Shown: positions 1-12,477, counted from the first letter of the stretch. The stretch is 64,000 nt of DNA from Candidatus Latescibacterota bacterium (GCA_965204745.1 OZ242010.1:1856001-1920000), one strand, 5' to 3'. A program made the numbers and translations. Notes: a model not told the origin generated them from the letters alone.

Positions 1-2
1 AT

Positions 3-359
3 ACCGCTGATTTTGAGCCGGTAGAACCGGGGTTGCACCGCATCACCCTGACCGCACGCGACGCCCAGGGCGAGGATGTGGCGCGGTTGCACGCGGCTGT
101 GCTGGCACGGGTCGATCAGCGCGAGTTTTTGGATGCGCGTTACAAGCCGGCGTTTTTGCAACGGTTGGCCGCACACACGGGCGGCGAATTTTTCGCGTTG
201 GATGACCTTGACCAGTTGCCCGAGCAAATTCCGTGGACCGATAACGCGCAGGCGCGGCTGGATCGTTTTCCATTGTGGCACCGCCCGCCATTTTATATCC
301 TACTCGCGGCATTGCTGTGCGCGGAGTGGTATTTGAGACGAAAGCGGGGCGAACCGTGA
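3..359 (+). CDS. C-terminal part of a membrane-anchored protein, probably VWA/glutamine-amidotransferase-like family; 5' end lies outside the window
   Basis: Frame open from the window edge; ends LWHRPPFYILLAALLCAEWYLRRKRGEP, a typical terminal TM helix with EW-RR motif; GTGA overlap with next gene. Confidence 0.6.
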   Translation, partial: TADFEPVEPGLHRITLTARDAQGEDVARLHAAVLARVDQREFLDARYKPAFLQRLAAHTGGEFFALDDLDQLPEQIPWTDNAQARLDRFPLWHRPPFYILLAALLCAEWYLRRKRGEP

Positions 360-1312
360 AGGCGATGGTATTTATTGCGATTGGCCTGAGTTGCGTCGGA
401 CAGGCGCGGGCCGCGGCTTTTGACGTGATCATCAGCGGCATCGGTGGCGAAGCGATATACGCAGAGCGGTTCGGCACTTGGGCACAGCGGTTGCGGCAGG
501 CACTCATCGACCGATGCGACCATCCCAAAGACCATGTGCGATTGCTCAATGAGACGGGCGAGAACGCCGATGGCGTCGCGTCCAAACAGGGCATTGGCAA
601 GGCCCTGCGCGAGTTGTCCGAGCGCGTCACCCCAAGCGACGACGCATTCGTTTTTCTCATCGGGCACGGCACGTATCGGCGGCGGGTTGCCAAGTTGAAT
701 CTCCCCGGCCCGGATTTGACCGCCGCAGAACTCGACGGCCTGTTGAAGCTCCTGCCCGCACGGCGCGTCGTCATTGTCAACAGCGCGTCTATGAGCGCGC
801 CCTTTGTCAACGCGCTCAGCCGCGCCGGGCGGATTGTGTGCGCGAGTACGCGCAGCGCGAATCAGCGCGACGCCACGCGCTTCATGGGCTTTTTCGTGCA
901 GGCATTGGAAGATGGCAACGCGGATCAAAACCGCGATGACCGCATTTCCATTTTGGAAATTTGCGCCCAAGCCGCGTCCCTGACCGATGCGTGGTTTTTG
1001 GGCGAGGGCCTGATCCCCACCGAGAACGCGATTTTGGACGACAATGGCGATGGCTTGGGCACGCGGCTGTCAGACCTGCGAGTTGACGCGGGCGACGGGG
1101 CCGTGGCTACCCGTTGTTTCCTCCGCGATTTCCGCGTTCCCAAAGGCGCGTCGCCCGAACTCGTCCGAGCTTATGGCGAGGCCATTGACGCGGTGCAAGC
1201 ACTGGTCGCCCAAAAAGCGATGATGGACTCGGTGGCCTATTACCACTTGTTGGAACGCGAGTTGGTGAAGGCGGCGCGGTTGAATCGGGCGATCAAGAGC
1301 AACCACAGATGA
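356..1312 (+). CDS. Exported caspase/peptidase C13-like fold protein
   Basis: GTG start overlapping the upstream stop; signal-like N-terminus ending ARA; FLIGHG motif; DQNRDDRIS EF-hand-like motif; the expected catalytic Cys region reads NSASMS. Confidence 0.55.
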   Translation: MKAMVFIAIGLSCVGQARAAAFDVIISGIGGEAIYAERFGTWAQRLRQALIDRCDHPKDHVRLLNETGENADGVASKQGIGKALRELSERVTPSDDAFVFLIGHGTYRRRVAKLNLPGPDLTAAELDGLLKLLPARRVVIVNSASMSAPFVNALSRAGRIVCASTRSANQRDATRFMGFFVQALEDGNADQNRDDRISILEICAQAASLTDAWFLGEGLIPTENAILDDNGDGLGTRLSDLRVDAGDGAVATRCFLRDFRVPKGASPELVRAYGEAIDAVQALVAQKAMMDSVAYYHLLERELVKAARLNRAIKSNHR

Positions 1313-1460
1313 ACGCGGGCGGTGTACAACTGCGATAGGAGTTCACGAGCGCGCAGAGCGGATTGGGATCGCAGGTAGGGCGCAGTGAGGGGGTGGGGTT
1401 AATCCGCGTAATCCCTGAATCCGCGACAATCCGCGATTCAGACAAATGGAGGAGGGTGTG

Positions 1461-2198
1461 ATGTTGACGGACGAACAGAGGCATCGGTTTCGCAATGAGG
1501 GGTACCTAATTTTTGAGGGCCTCATTCGCGGAGCGCGGTTGGCGTATTACAAAGGGGTGTTTGACGAATTGGTCGCCCAAGGCCGCGGGCTGACCGAGCA
1601 GATTCCGCATTGGACGCTCGAGTTGGACGAGCGCGGCGTGCCTCGCCCCGGGTTGTTGCACAAAGTTCAGGGCGTTTGCATGGTCGATCCCCGGGTGCTG
1701 GAACTGGCGCGTGAACCTGCGATTTTGGACCGCGTGGAAGCCCTGATCGGCGAGAATATCGACGTGTTTGGCACCAAGTTTTTTCCCAAATTGCCCAATG
1801 GCGGCACATCGACGCACTGGCATCAGGACAATTTCTATTTTGGCACCGAGACCGAGCGCATCATCAGTTGCGGCGTTTATCTGGAAGATTCGGATGTGGA
1901 GAACGGCTGTTTGCGCGTCGTGCCCGGTAGCCATCGCCTGGGCAAAATCGTCGAACACCGCAAGAACCCGGCCCTGCACGGCATGTGGACGGACGTCGAT
2001 GAGTCGCGGGCCGTGGATCTGGTCATTCCGGCCGGGACTGTGGTGCTGTTTTCCGCCAACATCCTCCACGGCGCATACGACAACCACAGCACCCGCACGC
2101 GCTACAGCACGGCTTGGCACTACTTGCCCGAGACGCTCAATCCGAAAAAATTCATAAAGGGCAAATACGAGGACCGACATGTGGCACGCAAACATTGA
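1461..2198 (+). CDS. Phytanoyl-CoA dioxygenase (PhyH) family Fe(II)/2OG dioxygenase
   Basis: WHQD motif, NGCLRVVPGSH, LHGAYDN..R; GGAGG RBS upstream. Confidence 0.9.
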   Translation: MLTDEQRHRFRNEGYLIFEGLIRGARLAYYKGVFDELVAQGRGLTEQIPHWTLELDERGVPRPGLLHKVQGVCMVDPRVLELAREPAILDRVEALIGENIDVFGTKFFPKLPNGGTSTHWHQDNFYFGTETERIISCGVYLEDSDVENGCLRVVPGSHRLGKIVEHRKNPALHGMWTDVDESRAVDLVIPAGTVVLFSANILHGAYDNHSTRTRYSTAWHYLPETLNPKKFIKGKYEDRHVARKH

Positions 2199-2224
2199 CC
2201 CCTCCCCGAGGCGGGGCGGACCGA

Positions 2225-2247
2225 CTACTGACCACTGACCACTGACA
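2225..2247. repeat. CTGACCA/CTGACTA heptamer tandem repeat (reverse complement of the GTCAGTN family)
   Basis: ctactgaccactgaccactgaca directly abuts an IS982 terminal IR. Confidence 0.7.
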
Positions 2248-2518
2248 ATGCGAATTAAGAGTAGAAAGCGAGTAAGAAGCAAGCCGCGGTCAATCGCCCA
2301 AAGACATGAACGAGTAAGCCATCCTCTGATCGTACCCGAGACGCCATCGAGAGGTTTGTCTTTTGTTCAATCCAACTGAACAAGGACGCTATCGGCTGTC
2401 GCATGCTCGAAACCGCCCGAGAAAAGTCTTTTTCGGCTTCGGTCAGGCTTTCTTGCCTCTTCTTTCGCTTCACCGGCGTCTCGAAGATCAGGTTCTGCTG
2501 TTTGCTAAGCGTATCTTT
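2248..2518 (-). pseudogene. Truncated IS982-family element (3' ~270 bp with one terminal IR)
   Basis: Near-identical to the 3' end of the copies at 20476 and 30036; IR ATGCGAATTAAGAGT starts at 2248. Confidence 0.9.
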
Positions 2519-2629
2519 GGTCAGTCCCCGCACCGCCCTCTTTTATTCGCGTAATCCGCGAGCTGTCTTTGAACGGGCTGTCGCCAGTTGTACCCCGCTT
2601 CATCCGCGTTTATCTGTGGTTGGTTTTTC

Positions 2630-3721
2630 ATGATCTCCTATATCATCAGACGCTTTTTGTTGTTTTTTCCCACCCTGTTCGGCGTGATGGTGGTCAATTT
2701 TTTGATCATTCAGGCCGCGCCCGGCGGGCCTGTGGAGCAGGCCATTGCGCGGATTCAAGGCCATGACGTGGATGCGACTGCGCGCGTGGGCGGGGACCGG
2801 GGAGAACTCTCTTTGGCGCAACGCGCGGCCGAGACGAGCACGTACCGGGGGGCGCAAGGGCTCGACCCCAACTTGATCGCGGAATTGGAGCGGATGTACG
2901 GCTTTGACAAACCGCCCCATGAACGCTTCTTTCAGATGGTAACGCGCTATGCGCGCTTTGATTTTGGCGAGAGTTTTTACCGCGATCAAACCGTCGTGGC
3001 TATGGTGCTGGACAAAATGCCCGTGTCGATTTCACTCGGCTTGTGGACGACCTTGCTCGTGTACCTGATTTCGATTCCCATGGGCATCCGCAAGGCCGTG
3101 CGCGATGGGTCCAAATTCGACATCTGGACCTCCGGCGTGATCGTGGTGGGCAATGCGGTGCCGGGGTTTATGTTCGCCATCTTGCTGATCGTGCTCTTTG
3201 CCGGCGGCAGTTATTTCGACTGGTTTCCCCTGCGCGGCCTCACCTCGGCCGAATGGGCGCAGTTCGGCTTGGTTCACAAGGTCGCGGATTATTTTTGGCA
3301 CCTCGCACTGCCTATCGCATCGATGGTGATCGGCGGCTTTGCCGGCCTGACCCTGTTGACGAAAAACTCCTTTTTGGACGAGATCAACAAGCAATACGTC
3401 ACGACCGCGCGGGCAAAGGGCTTGGCAGAACAGCGCGTGTTGTACGGGCACGTTTTTCGCAACGCGATGTTGATCGTCATCGCCGGGTTTCCAAGTGCGT
3501 TTGTCAACATTTTGTTCACCGGGTCCCTGCTGACCGAGATCATCTTTTCGCTGGATGGCTTGGGCCTGTTGGGCTATGAGGCCACGGTCAACCGCGATTA
3601 TCCCGTGATGTTCGCCACCCTCTACTTTTTTACCCTGCTCGGCTTGGCGATGCAACTGGTGAGCGATTTGACCTACACATTGGTAGATCCGAGGATTGAC
3701 TTTGAAAAGCGAGACGCATAG
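2630..3721 (+). CDS. yejB: Oligopeptide/microcin C ABC transporter permease
   Basis: YIIRRFLL start, [18 protein letters not shown] loop TARAKGL, DPRIDF end. Confidence 0.9.
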   Translation: MISYIIRRFLLFFPTLFGVMVVNFLIIQAAPGGPVEQAIARIQGHDVDATARVGGDRGELSLAQRAAETSTYRGAQGLDPNLIAELERMYGFDKPPHERFFQMVTRYARFDFGESFYRDQTVVAMVLDKMPVSISLGLWTTLLVYLISIPMGIRKAVRDGSKFDIWTSGVIVVGNAVPGFMFAILLIVLFAGGSYFDWFPLRGLTSAEWAQFGLVHKVADYFWHLALPIASMVIGGFAGLTLLTKNSFLDEINKQYVTTARAKGLAEQRVLYGHVFRNAMLIVIAGFPSAFVNILFTGSLLTEIIFSLDGLGLLGYEATVNRDYPVMFATLYFFTLLGLAMQLVSDLTYTLVDPRIDFEKRDA

Positions 3722-4781
3722 CAAAGACCGGTTTTGGGGCGTTGGGATTTCCCGCCTCACGCGCCGTCGGCTGGACAATTTTCGGGCGAATCAGCGCGGG
3801 TACTACAGCATGTGGATTTTCCTCGCCCTGTTTGGCCTGAGTTTGCCCGCGGAATTTATCGCCAATGACAAACCCCTTTTGGTTCGGCACAAAGGGGGGT
3901 TTTATTTTCCGGTCTTGCGGGCCTATCCGGAAACCGTCTTTGGCGGGGATTTTGAAACCGAAGCCGAGTACCGCGATCCGTTTGTCAAAGCCTTGATCGA
4001 AAAAAACGGGTGGATGATCTGGCCGCCCGTGCCCTTTCGATACGACACGATCAACTACGACCTCAAGCATCCGGCACCCGCGCCGCCTTCGGCCCAAAAC
4101 TGGCTGGGCACAGACGATCAGGCCCGCGACGTCGTGGCGCGGCTGATCTACGGCTTTCGCCTGTCGGTCTTGTTCGCGCTCGCGCTGACCGCATTTAGTT
4201 CGGTGGTGGGCATCGCAGCAGGCGCGGTGCAGGGGTATTTCGGCGGGTGGATCGATCTCATCTTCCAGCGGTTCATCGAAATTTGGAGCGGGTTGCCCAC
4301 CCTGTTCATAATCATTATCATCGCCAGCATGATCGCGCCGACTTTCTGGACGCTTTTGATGATTATGTCGCTGTTTTCGTGGATGCGACTCGTGGGCGTG
4401 GTGCGTGCAGAGTTTTTGCGGGCGCGCAATTTTGACTTTGTGCGCGCGGCCCGCGCCTTGGGCGTGGGCGACTTGACAATTATGTGGCGGCACGTCTTGC
4501 CCAATGCCATGGTGGCGACCCTGACCTTTTTGCCCTTTGTGCTCGTGGGGTCCGTCACCGTGCTGACCTCGCTGGACTTTTTGGGCTTTGGCCTGCCCCC
4601 GCCGTCGCCGTCGTTGGGCGAATTGCTCAATCAGGGCAAGCGCAATTTGCAGGCGCCATGGCTGGGCCTGTCCGGGTTTTTTGTGTTGGCGATCATGTTG
4701 TCGCTGCTCGTGTTCATCGGCGAGGCCGTACGCGACGCGTTCGACGTCCGCAAGACCCTGTCGCAACCGGGAGAGGCATGA
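3702..4781 (+). CDS. yejE: ABC transporter permease (start uncertain)
   Basis: [28 protein letters not shown] loop, GEAVRDAFD; possible GAGGA RBS before TTG 3702. Confidence 0.85.
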   Translation: MKSETHSKDRFWGVGISRLTRRRLDNFRANQRGYYSMWIFLALFGLSLPAEFIANDKPLLVRHKGGFYFPVLRAYPETVFGGDFETEAEYRDPFVKALIEKNGWMIWPPVPFRYDTINYDLKHPAPAPPSAQNWLGTDDQARDVVARLIYGFRLSVLFALALTAFSSVVGIAAGAVQGYFGGWIDLIFQRFIEIWSGLPTLFIIIIIASMIAPTFWTLLMIMSLFSWMRLVGVVRAEFLRARNFDFVRAARALGVGDLTIMWRHVLPNAMVATLTFLPFVLVGSVTVLTSLDFLGFGLPPPSPSLGELLNQGKRNLQAPWLGLSGFFVLAIMLSLLVFIGEAVRDAFDVRKTLSQPGEA

Positions 4782-6400
4782 GTTTGCTCGACGTACAAAA
4801 TTTGGCCGTGCATTTTCGGCTCGAAGACCAGGTGGTTCAAGCCGTGCGCGGGGTGTCGTTTCGCATTGAAAAGGGCGAGACCGTGGCGCTGGTGGGCGAA
4901 TCGGGATCCGGCAAATCCGTATCCGCTCTCTCCGTCCTCCAACTGCTGCCCTATCCGCACGCCTTTCACCCGCACGGCATCGTGCAATTCGATGGCGAGG
5001 ACATGCTCAACGCCTCTCAAGCGCGCTTGCAAGAAGTGCGCGGCGACCGCATCGGGATGATTTTCCAAGAGCCGATGACCTCCCTCAACCCGCTGCACAC
5101 AGTCGAAAAACAAATCCGCGAAACCCTGATGCTGCACCGCAAAATGACGCGGGACCAAGCACGCGAACACACCCTCAATTTGCTGCACAAAGTGCAGATG
5201 CCCGATCCAGAGACGCGCCTCAAATCCTATCCGCACCAACTCTCGGGCGGGCAACGGCAGCGCGTGATGATCGCCATGGCCCTCGCCAATGCCCCGGACC
5301 TGCTCATCGCAGACGAGCCGACAACTGCGCTAGACGTGACCATTCAGGCGCGCATCCTCAACTTGCTACAGGCATTGCAAGACGAACTCGGCATGGCGAT
5401 TCTGCTGATCACGCACGACTTGACTATCGTGCGGCACGTGGCGGATCGGGTCTATGTGATGACGCGGGGCAAAATTGTGGAGGCAGGCGACGCAACGCGC
5501 ATCTTCGCGTACCCGCAACACGAGTACACGCGCGAGCTCTTGAACGCACAGCCAAAGGGCACGGCCCCAACGCGCAATGGCGCGGCACCCGTCGTGGTCG
5601 AGGCCGATGATCTGAAAGTGTGGTTCCCCATTCAGCGCGGGATCTTGCGCCGCACTATCGGGCACGTCAAAGCCGTCAATGGCCTGTCCGTCCGCGTTCG
5701 CGCCGGGCATACCACGGGCGTTGTGGGCGAGTCTGGTTCCGGCAAGACGACCCTGGGATTGGCCCTGTTGCGCTTGTTGGGTAGCAAAGGCCCCATCGCG
5801 TTTCAAGGGCAGGACATTCACACCTCGTCCGGCAAGGCCCTGCGGCCGTTGCGCCGCGAAATGCAAATTGTGTTTCAAGACCCGTTTGGGTCTTTAAGCC
5901 CGCGCCTGTCCGCGTTTCACATCATCGCAGAGGGCTTGCGCGTTCACAACATGGGGGAAAGCCACGAACAACGCCGTGAACGCGTCGCGCAAATTATGGA
6001 CGAGGTGGGCCTTGCACCCGAGATGATGGATCGGTTTCCACACGAGTTTTCGGGCGGGCAACGGCAGCGGATCGCCATTGCGCGTGCAATGGTCTTGCGC
6101 CCCCGGTTTGTGGTGCTAGACGAACCCACGAGCGCGTTGGACATGACCGTGCAAGCGCAGATCATCGCCTTGCTCCGCCGCTTGCAAAACGACCACGATT
6201 TGGCGTATTTGTTCATCAGCCACGACTTGCGGGTCGTCCGCGCCCTCGCCAATGAATTGATCGTCATGAAAGACGGCGTTGTGGTAGAACGCGGCCCGAC
6301 CGAGGCCATCTTCGCAAAGCCACAAACCGCCTATACCCGCGAACTCATCGCCGCTGCATTCGACATCGCAAAAGTGAAAGGCGGGAGAGGGGAGAGGTGA
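4778..6400 (+). CDS. yejF: Dual-NBD ABC transporter ATPase
   Basis: Two GESGSGK Walker A motifs, LSGGQ/FSGGQ signatures, DEPT Walker B; ATGA overlap with yejE. Confidence 0.9.
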   Translation: MSLLDVQNLAVHFRLEDQVVQAVRGVSFRIEKGETVALVGESGSGKSVSALSVLQLLPYPHAFHPHGIVQFDGEDMLNASQARLQEVRGDRIGMIFQEPMTSLNPLHTVEKQIRETLMLHRKMTRDQAREHTLNLLHKVQMPDPETRLKSYPHQLSGGQRQRVMIAMALANAPDLLIADEPTTALDVTIQARILNLLQALQDELGMAILLITHDLTIVRHVADRVYVMTRGKIVEAGDATRIFAYPQHEYTRELLNAQPKGTAPTRNGAAPVVVEADDLKVWFPIQRGILRRTIGHVKAVNGLSVRVRAGHTTGVVGESGSGKTTLGLALLRLLGSKGPIAFQGQDIHTSSGKALRPLRREMQIVFQDPFGSLSPRLSAFHIIAEGLRVHNMGESHEQRRERVAQIMDEVGLAPEMMDRFPHEFSGGQRQRIAIARAMVLRPRFVVLDEPTSALDMTVQAQIIALLRRLQNDHDLAYLFISHDLRVVRALANELIVMKDGVVVERGPTEAIFAKPQTAYTRELIAAAFDIAKVKGGRGER

Positions 6401-6640
6401 AAGGCGGGAGACGAAAGGCGGAAGACGGGAGAAGCAAGACGGGAGAAGGCATCGCCCCTACACACTGCTCGCCTTTGAACTAGCTATCGCCAGTTGTACC
6501 CCGCTCGTGCCTTTTGTGCTTTTTGTGGCTGTCGCCTTTGAACTGGCTGTCGCCTTTGAACTAGCTGTCGCCTTTTGTGCTTTTTGTGGCTGTCGCCTTT
6601 GAACTGGCTGTCGCCTTTTGTGCCTTTTGTGCTTTTTGTG
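6399..6640. repeat. Composite intergenic repeat: GGGAGA/GAAAGGC heptamer-like units, then GTCGCCTTTGAACT(A/G)GCT ~18-mers and CTTTTGTG ~9-mers
   Basis: Multiple imperfect tandem units; related units at ~2567-2596 and inverted at ~27066-27197. Confidence 0.75.
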
Positions 6641-6669
6641 ACTAATCTTTCATCTTACAGGAGAATCCC

Positions 6670-9600
6670 ATGCCCCGCCGCGATGCGCTATGGATTATTG
6701 GTTTTCTGATCGCAGGTGCGTTCGGTCTCACCTGTTATATCCAGTTCTACGACCGCGCCTTTCCGGTCGCTTCGCTCAATTTTCGCGTGGACCGCGAACA
6801 GGCGTATCGCGCTGCCGAATCGTATTTGCACAACTTGGGGTACGACCTGACGGAATACGAAAGTGCCCAGGTCTTCTCGTCCTCTGGCATGCGGCAGGTC
6901 TTTCTCGAGCGCACCTTGGGGCTTGCAGAGGCCAACCGCCTCGTGCGCGACTGGGTCTCGGTGTGGTATTGGCACATCCGCTATTTCAAACCGCTGCAAA
7001 AAGAAGAACTGCGCGTCCGCATCGATCCCGGCGGCCGCGTCGTGGGGTTCACGCATAGCATCCTCGAATCCGACGCAGGCGCCAGCCTGTCGGAAGAAGA
7101 CGCCCGCGCCATCGCCGAAACCTTCCTCGCCGATACCCAAGGCTTTCAACTTCACGCCTATACCCCCATCGAAACCTCGAGCGAGAAACGCCCCAACCGC
7201 GTCGATCACAGCTTCGCGTACCGCAAAAAGGACTTTGTCATCGGCGACGATGGGCACTATCGCTTGACCGTCACAATCAAAGGCGACAAACCGGGTTACT
7301 TTTCCGAATCCCTCAAAGTGCCCGAAACCTTCTCGCGCAATTACCGGGAAATTCGCTCGCGTGCGGGCCTGCTCATCAACATCGCTTATGTTTTCTATTT
7401 CGCGCTGATCATTGCGGGGTTTGTCGTTCTCATCCACAACTATCGCCAGCGCGCGCTCGTATGGCGCGCGGCCCTCGCGCTGGGCATTCTCGTTTCCGTT
7501 GCCAATTTTCTCGGCTCCATGAACACCTATCCGATCATCCACTTTGGTTACAACACCACGCAGTCCTATCCCTCTTTTTTGATCTCTTTCCTTTTTTCTG
7601 GGCTGATGGGAGCTGTTATTTCTGGGGTGATGATCGCCTTGTGCGGCACGGCCGGGGGAGCTGCCGCGCGCGATGTGCCGGGCTGGACCAATCCCCTCGC
7701 CCGATTGTCGCTGCGAGGCTGGCGATCCGCGGGTTTTGCGCGTGCCACCTTGATCGGTTACGGGCTCGCATTTGCCCACTTGGGCTACGTCACCCTGTTT
7801 TACATTTTGGGCAACGACTATTTGGGCGTTTGGGCACCCGCTGCCATGACGCAATACGACAATGCGTATAGCACCTACCTGCCGTGGATTTATCCCCTGC
7901 TGGCCGGGCTTGTCGCCGCGACTATGGAAGAATTTCTCTTTCGCCTGCTCGCCATTTCCCTGCTCATTCGCTGGTTGAAAAAACCATGGCTGGCCGTTCT
8001 CATCCCCGCTGTGGTGTGGGCGTTTCTCCACGCCAATTATCCGCAGGAGCCCATCTACATTCGCGGCTTGGAACTCACGCTCGTGGGCGTCATTTTCGGG
8101 ATTGTTTTTTTGCGCTATGGAATTTGGGCCACCATCATTTCGCACTATGTGTACAATTGCTTCTACAGCATCTACCCCATGTTGCAATCCGACAGCCTCT
8201 ATTTTCAAGTCTCGGGCATTCTGGCCGTCTCTATCGTCTTCATCCCTGCCATTCCCGCTATTTTCGGCGCGATTACAGGTCGCTATCCAGAACGAGAGGA
8301 ACGGGTAGAAGAACCCGAAGCGGAGCCCGAACCGATCCCGCAGGCCGCAGAACCCGAAATCCCGCGGCCAGAACCCGACCACCCCGTCGACCGCAAAACC
8401 CCTTCGGATTACCTCATTTCCCAAAGGGGGATTCTCGTCTTTGGCATCCTCGGCCTCATCGGTTGGTCGATCTATTTCAGCTTTACCCCGCCAAAATTCG
8501 CCAAGTACACCCGCGAGAACATCGTCACGCGCGATCAGGCCATCCGTGCGGCAGAGGCCATTCGCCTAAAACTCGGCTTTGATCTCGAAGGCTATCGACG
8601 CACCGCCTCGTTTGTCAGCCACCTCAGGTCCGACCATTTTACGCATCTCATTCGCAACGTCGATCTCGCGCGTGCCGACACGCTCGTTGCCGACCACACG
8701 GCCTTGTGGCACTGGCATGTGCGCTGGTTCAAACCCCTGGAAAAAGAAGAACTCACCATCAGCATCGACGGGCGGGGCGCGTTCTCGCACCTCTCGCATG
8801 CCATTCCCGAAAACAGAGAAGGTGCGGAACTCAGCGTCGAAGACGCGCAGAAAATCGCCGAGGCTTTTTTGTCGGAACACCTAAAGCGCACGGTCGCAGA
8901 TACCGCGCTGTACAAACGCCTCGAGGCCCGGTCGCAAAAGCGCGAAAACCGGATGGACCACCGCTTTGTGTGGGAGCGCGCAGATATCAAAGTCGGCGAC
9001 GGGGAATTTCGCATCGTGGCTTCTGTGCAGGGCGATCAGGTCGGCCTGACAATCGCGACCTACAAAGCCCCCGAAGCATTTATGCGCGAATTGCGCGAAG
9101 GCACGGTCAAAGATACCGTCGTCTCGATCATCGGCACTATCGCGGTCATTGCCACCATCATTTTGGCGATTCTCTACTTGTTGCGCGCCTACCGCGAGGA
9201 ACAGACCAACTGGCGGTTGTCCATTCGCGCCGGCATTTTTATCGGGATATGTGGGGCAGTAGATACGCTCAACAAATTGCCCACGCTCTACGCGGGTTAC
9301 AACACCAGCGATGCCCTAAGCACGTTCCTCGGCAGTACCATCATCGGTTGGGTCGTCATGCTGACCGTTCTGCCCGCGATGATGTGTTTGGTTTTCGCGC
9401 TTGGCGACGCGATCTACCGCGGGGAACGCCCCAAAGAAATGCAAATTGCCAACTGGATCGACGTGCTCCGCCTCAAAACGCACAGCGCCGCGCTTTGGTG
9501 GCAGGTCGTCTTTCTGGTTCTCTGCTATTTCGGGATCAGCAGGGGCGCGGGCATTTTCTCCTCTTATATGCACCTCGCCTACCTCGGCGACTATCTCACG

Positions 9601-10062
9601 GCGGGCGGCAACGCGCCCCCGAGCATCAACGCGTACTTTCCCGCTCTCGGCGAATTTATCCAAGAAGCCATGGGGGTGCTCTTTATTTTGGTCTTTTTGG
9701 TCATCTTGCTCGTTTGGTGGCGCGTAATCGGCAACGCGAAGCTGATGATTCTCTGCGCGTTTCTCGTTCTCATTTTTCACTTCGTCGTCTCGCCTGCCCA
9801 AGACTTCTACCACGCGGGCATTCTCTTGGTCACACGTATTCCAATCTGGCTGATCACGGCCTTTCTCATTTTGAAGTACATCCGCTTCAACCTGCTCTTT
9901 TACGCGGTGATGGGGTGGTGCTCCATCGTTTTTGTGGGCATCCGCTACCTCGAATGCGATCCCACCGCCTTTCAGGCCAACGGCGTCCTCATGATCCTGT
10001 TCGGCCTCGCCCCCCTCATCCTCGCCCTCCTCGCATGGCACAAAGAACGCACCACCTCATAA
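6670..10062 (+). CDS. Large CPBP (CAAX/Abi) family intramembrane glutamic endopeptidase with duplicated extracytoplasmic modules
   Basis: EEFLFR, FLH and HYVYN motifs; many TM segments; internal repeat WHIRYFKPLQKEEL / WHVRWFKPLEKEEL; AGGAG RBS. Confidence 0.8.
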   Translation: MPRRDALWIIGFLIAGAFGLTCYIQFYDRAFPVASLNFRVDREQAYRAAESYLHNLGYDLTEYESAQVFSSSGMRQVFLERTLGLAEANRLVRDWVSVWYWHIRYFKPLQKEELRVRIDPGGRVVGFTHSILESDAGASLSEEDARAIAETFLADTQGFQLHAYTPIETSSEKRPNRVDHSFAYRKKDFVIGDDGHYRLTVTIKGDKPGYFSESLKVPETFSRNYREIRSRAGLLINIAYVFYFALIIAGFVVLIHNYRQRALVWRAALALGILVSVANFLGSMNTYPIIHFGYNTTQSYPSFLISFLFSGLMGAVISGVMIALCGTAGGAAARDVPGWTNPLARLSLRGWRSAGFARATLIGYGLAFAHLGYVTLFYILGNDYLGVWAPAAMTQYDNAYSTYLPWIYPLLAGLVAATMEEFLFRLLAISLLIRWLKKPWLAVLIPAVVWAFLHANYPQEPIYIRGLELTLVGVIFGIVFLRYGIWATIISHYVYNCFYSIYPMLQSDSLYFQVSGILAVSIVFIPAIPAIFGAITGRYPEREERVEEPEAEPEPIPQAAEPEIPRPEPDHPVDRKTPSDYLISQRGILVFGILGLIGWSIYFSFTPPKFAKYTRENIVTRDQAIRAAEAIRLKLGFDLEGYRRTASFVSHLRSDHFTHLIRNVDLARADTLVADHTALWHWHVRWFKPLEKEELTISIDGRGAFSHLSHAIPENREGAELSVEDAQKIAEAFLSEHLKRTVADTALYKRLEARSQKRENRMDHRFVWERADIKVGDGEFRIVASVQGDQVGLTIATYKAPEAFMRELREGTVKDTVVSIIGTIAVIATIILAILYLLRAYREEQTNWRLSIRAGIFIGICGAVDTLNKLPTLYAGYNTSDALSTFLGSTIIGWVVMLTVLPAMMCLVFALGDAIYRGERPKEMQIANWIDVLRLKTHSAALWWQVVFLVLCYFGISRGAGIFSSYMHLAYLGDYLTAGGNAPPSINAYFPALGEFIQEAMGVLFILVFLVILLVWWRVIGNAKLMILCAFLVLIFHFVVSPAQDFYHAGILLVTRIPIWLITAFLILKYIRFNLLFYAVMGWCSIVFVGIRYLECDPTAFQANGVLMILFGLAPLILALLAWHKERTTS

Positions 10063-10066
10063 AAAT

Positions 10067-10094
10067 AGCCCCTCCATTGGAGGGGCTTTGCTTT
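10067..10094. terminator. Intrinsic terminator between convergent genes
   Basis: AGCCCCTCCA-T-TGGAGGGGCT stem flanked by A-rich and T-rich tracts. Confidence 0.7.
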
Positions 10095-10111
10095 GCACAC
10101 CGTCGAAAATT

Positions 10112-10357
10112 TCATTCTACTATCGCCTGTACGCGCTTTACCTGACTCAATCTCGCGCCAAAAGCGAGGGCCGCCAAGATATCTTCTTTGTTCAAATCTT
10201 CATAATCGTCCAAAATGTCATCCATCGACATCTCCCCGCTCAACAGTTCCAAAATCATCTCGACCGGATACCGCAACCCCCGTATGCACGGTTTGCCATG
10301 ACAAATTTCAGGGTCTATGGTGATGCGTTCCAGCAATTTTTCTGTGGAATGAGCCAT
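10112..10357 (-). CDS. DUF433 family antitoxin-like protein
   Basis: RITIDPEICHGKPCIRGLRYPV...EDI motif; GAGGAG RBS. Confidence 0.9.
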   Translation of the reverse strand: MAHSTEKLLERITIDPEICHGKPCIRGLRYPVEMILELLSGEMSMDDILDDYEDLNKEDILAALAFGARLSQVKRVQAIVE

Positions 10358-10449
10358 GTATTTATTCTCCTCAACTCTTCGCAGAACCCATCGTTCACAC
10401 CAATGCGCGGAAATTTAGTTGCTTTTAAGCGAACACTTTTCTTTTTTAG

Positions 10450-10778
10450 TGACGTTACGCACAGAGTAGCAAATGTGTTGCTTGCTCATTTAATGCGTTT
10501 GGTCCTACAGCCTCGTTGGTTGCCTCCGATGCCTTCGGCGACCTACTTTTTTTCAACAGCAAAAAAAAGTAGGCAAAAAATGCCGCTCTCAAACGCCGAG
10601 GGGCTTGCACAGCGCAAATCGCTTTTGTAGCAGAACGACATGAGACAGCCTGCAAAGTGGGTTGCAAAATGGATGTGCGTTGCCAGATGGACTTGCGCGC
10701 TGTGCTTGATGGCTTTATCTGATGGGGTTTTGCGATGGTACTTTGTGCGCTGGTTTGTTTGACGTATGCGTAACGTCA
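10450..10778. mobile_element. MITE-like non-coding element
   Basis: Perfect 12-bp terminal IR TGACGTTACGCA (10450-10461) / TGCGTAACGTCA (10767-10778); TTTTTA on both flanks (possible TSD). Confidence 0.55.
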
Positions 10779-10968
10779 GTTTTTAATATAGCTTACTTTT
10801 TGCGATCTGAAAATCAAAAAGCTACGGGCGATACGCTACGCCCTTGTTGCCCCCGTCAGTGAGGGGCAGAGGGCTGACCCCTGACCACTTGATTCGGAAT
10901 AGCATAGTTGCCTTCTCCCCTCTTCCATCTCACGTCTTACCGAAGGGCGGTTGGGCGGGGTGGACTGA

Positions 10969-12477
<1,509 letters not shown>

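Noticed and set aside
6470-6640. Possible CRISPR array
   Set aside because: Repeats are short, abutting and degenerate, with no unique spacers and no cas genes
6688-10145. Long alternative ORFs (578 aa minus strand, 479 aa plus strand)
   Set aside because: Shadow frames of the CPBP gene, expected from high-GC codon bias
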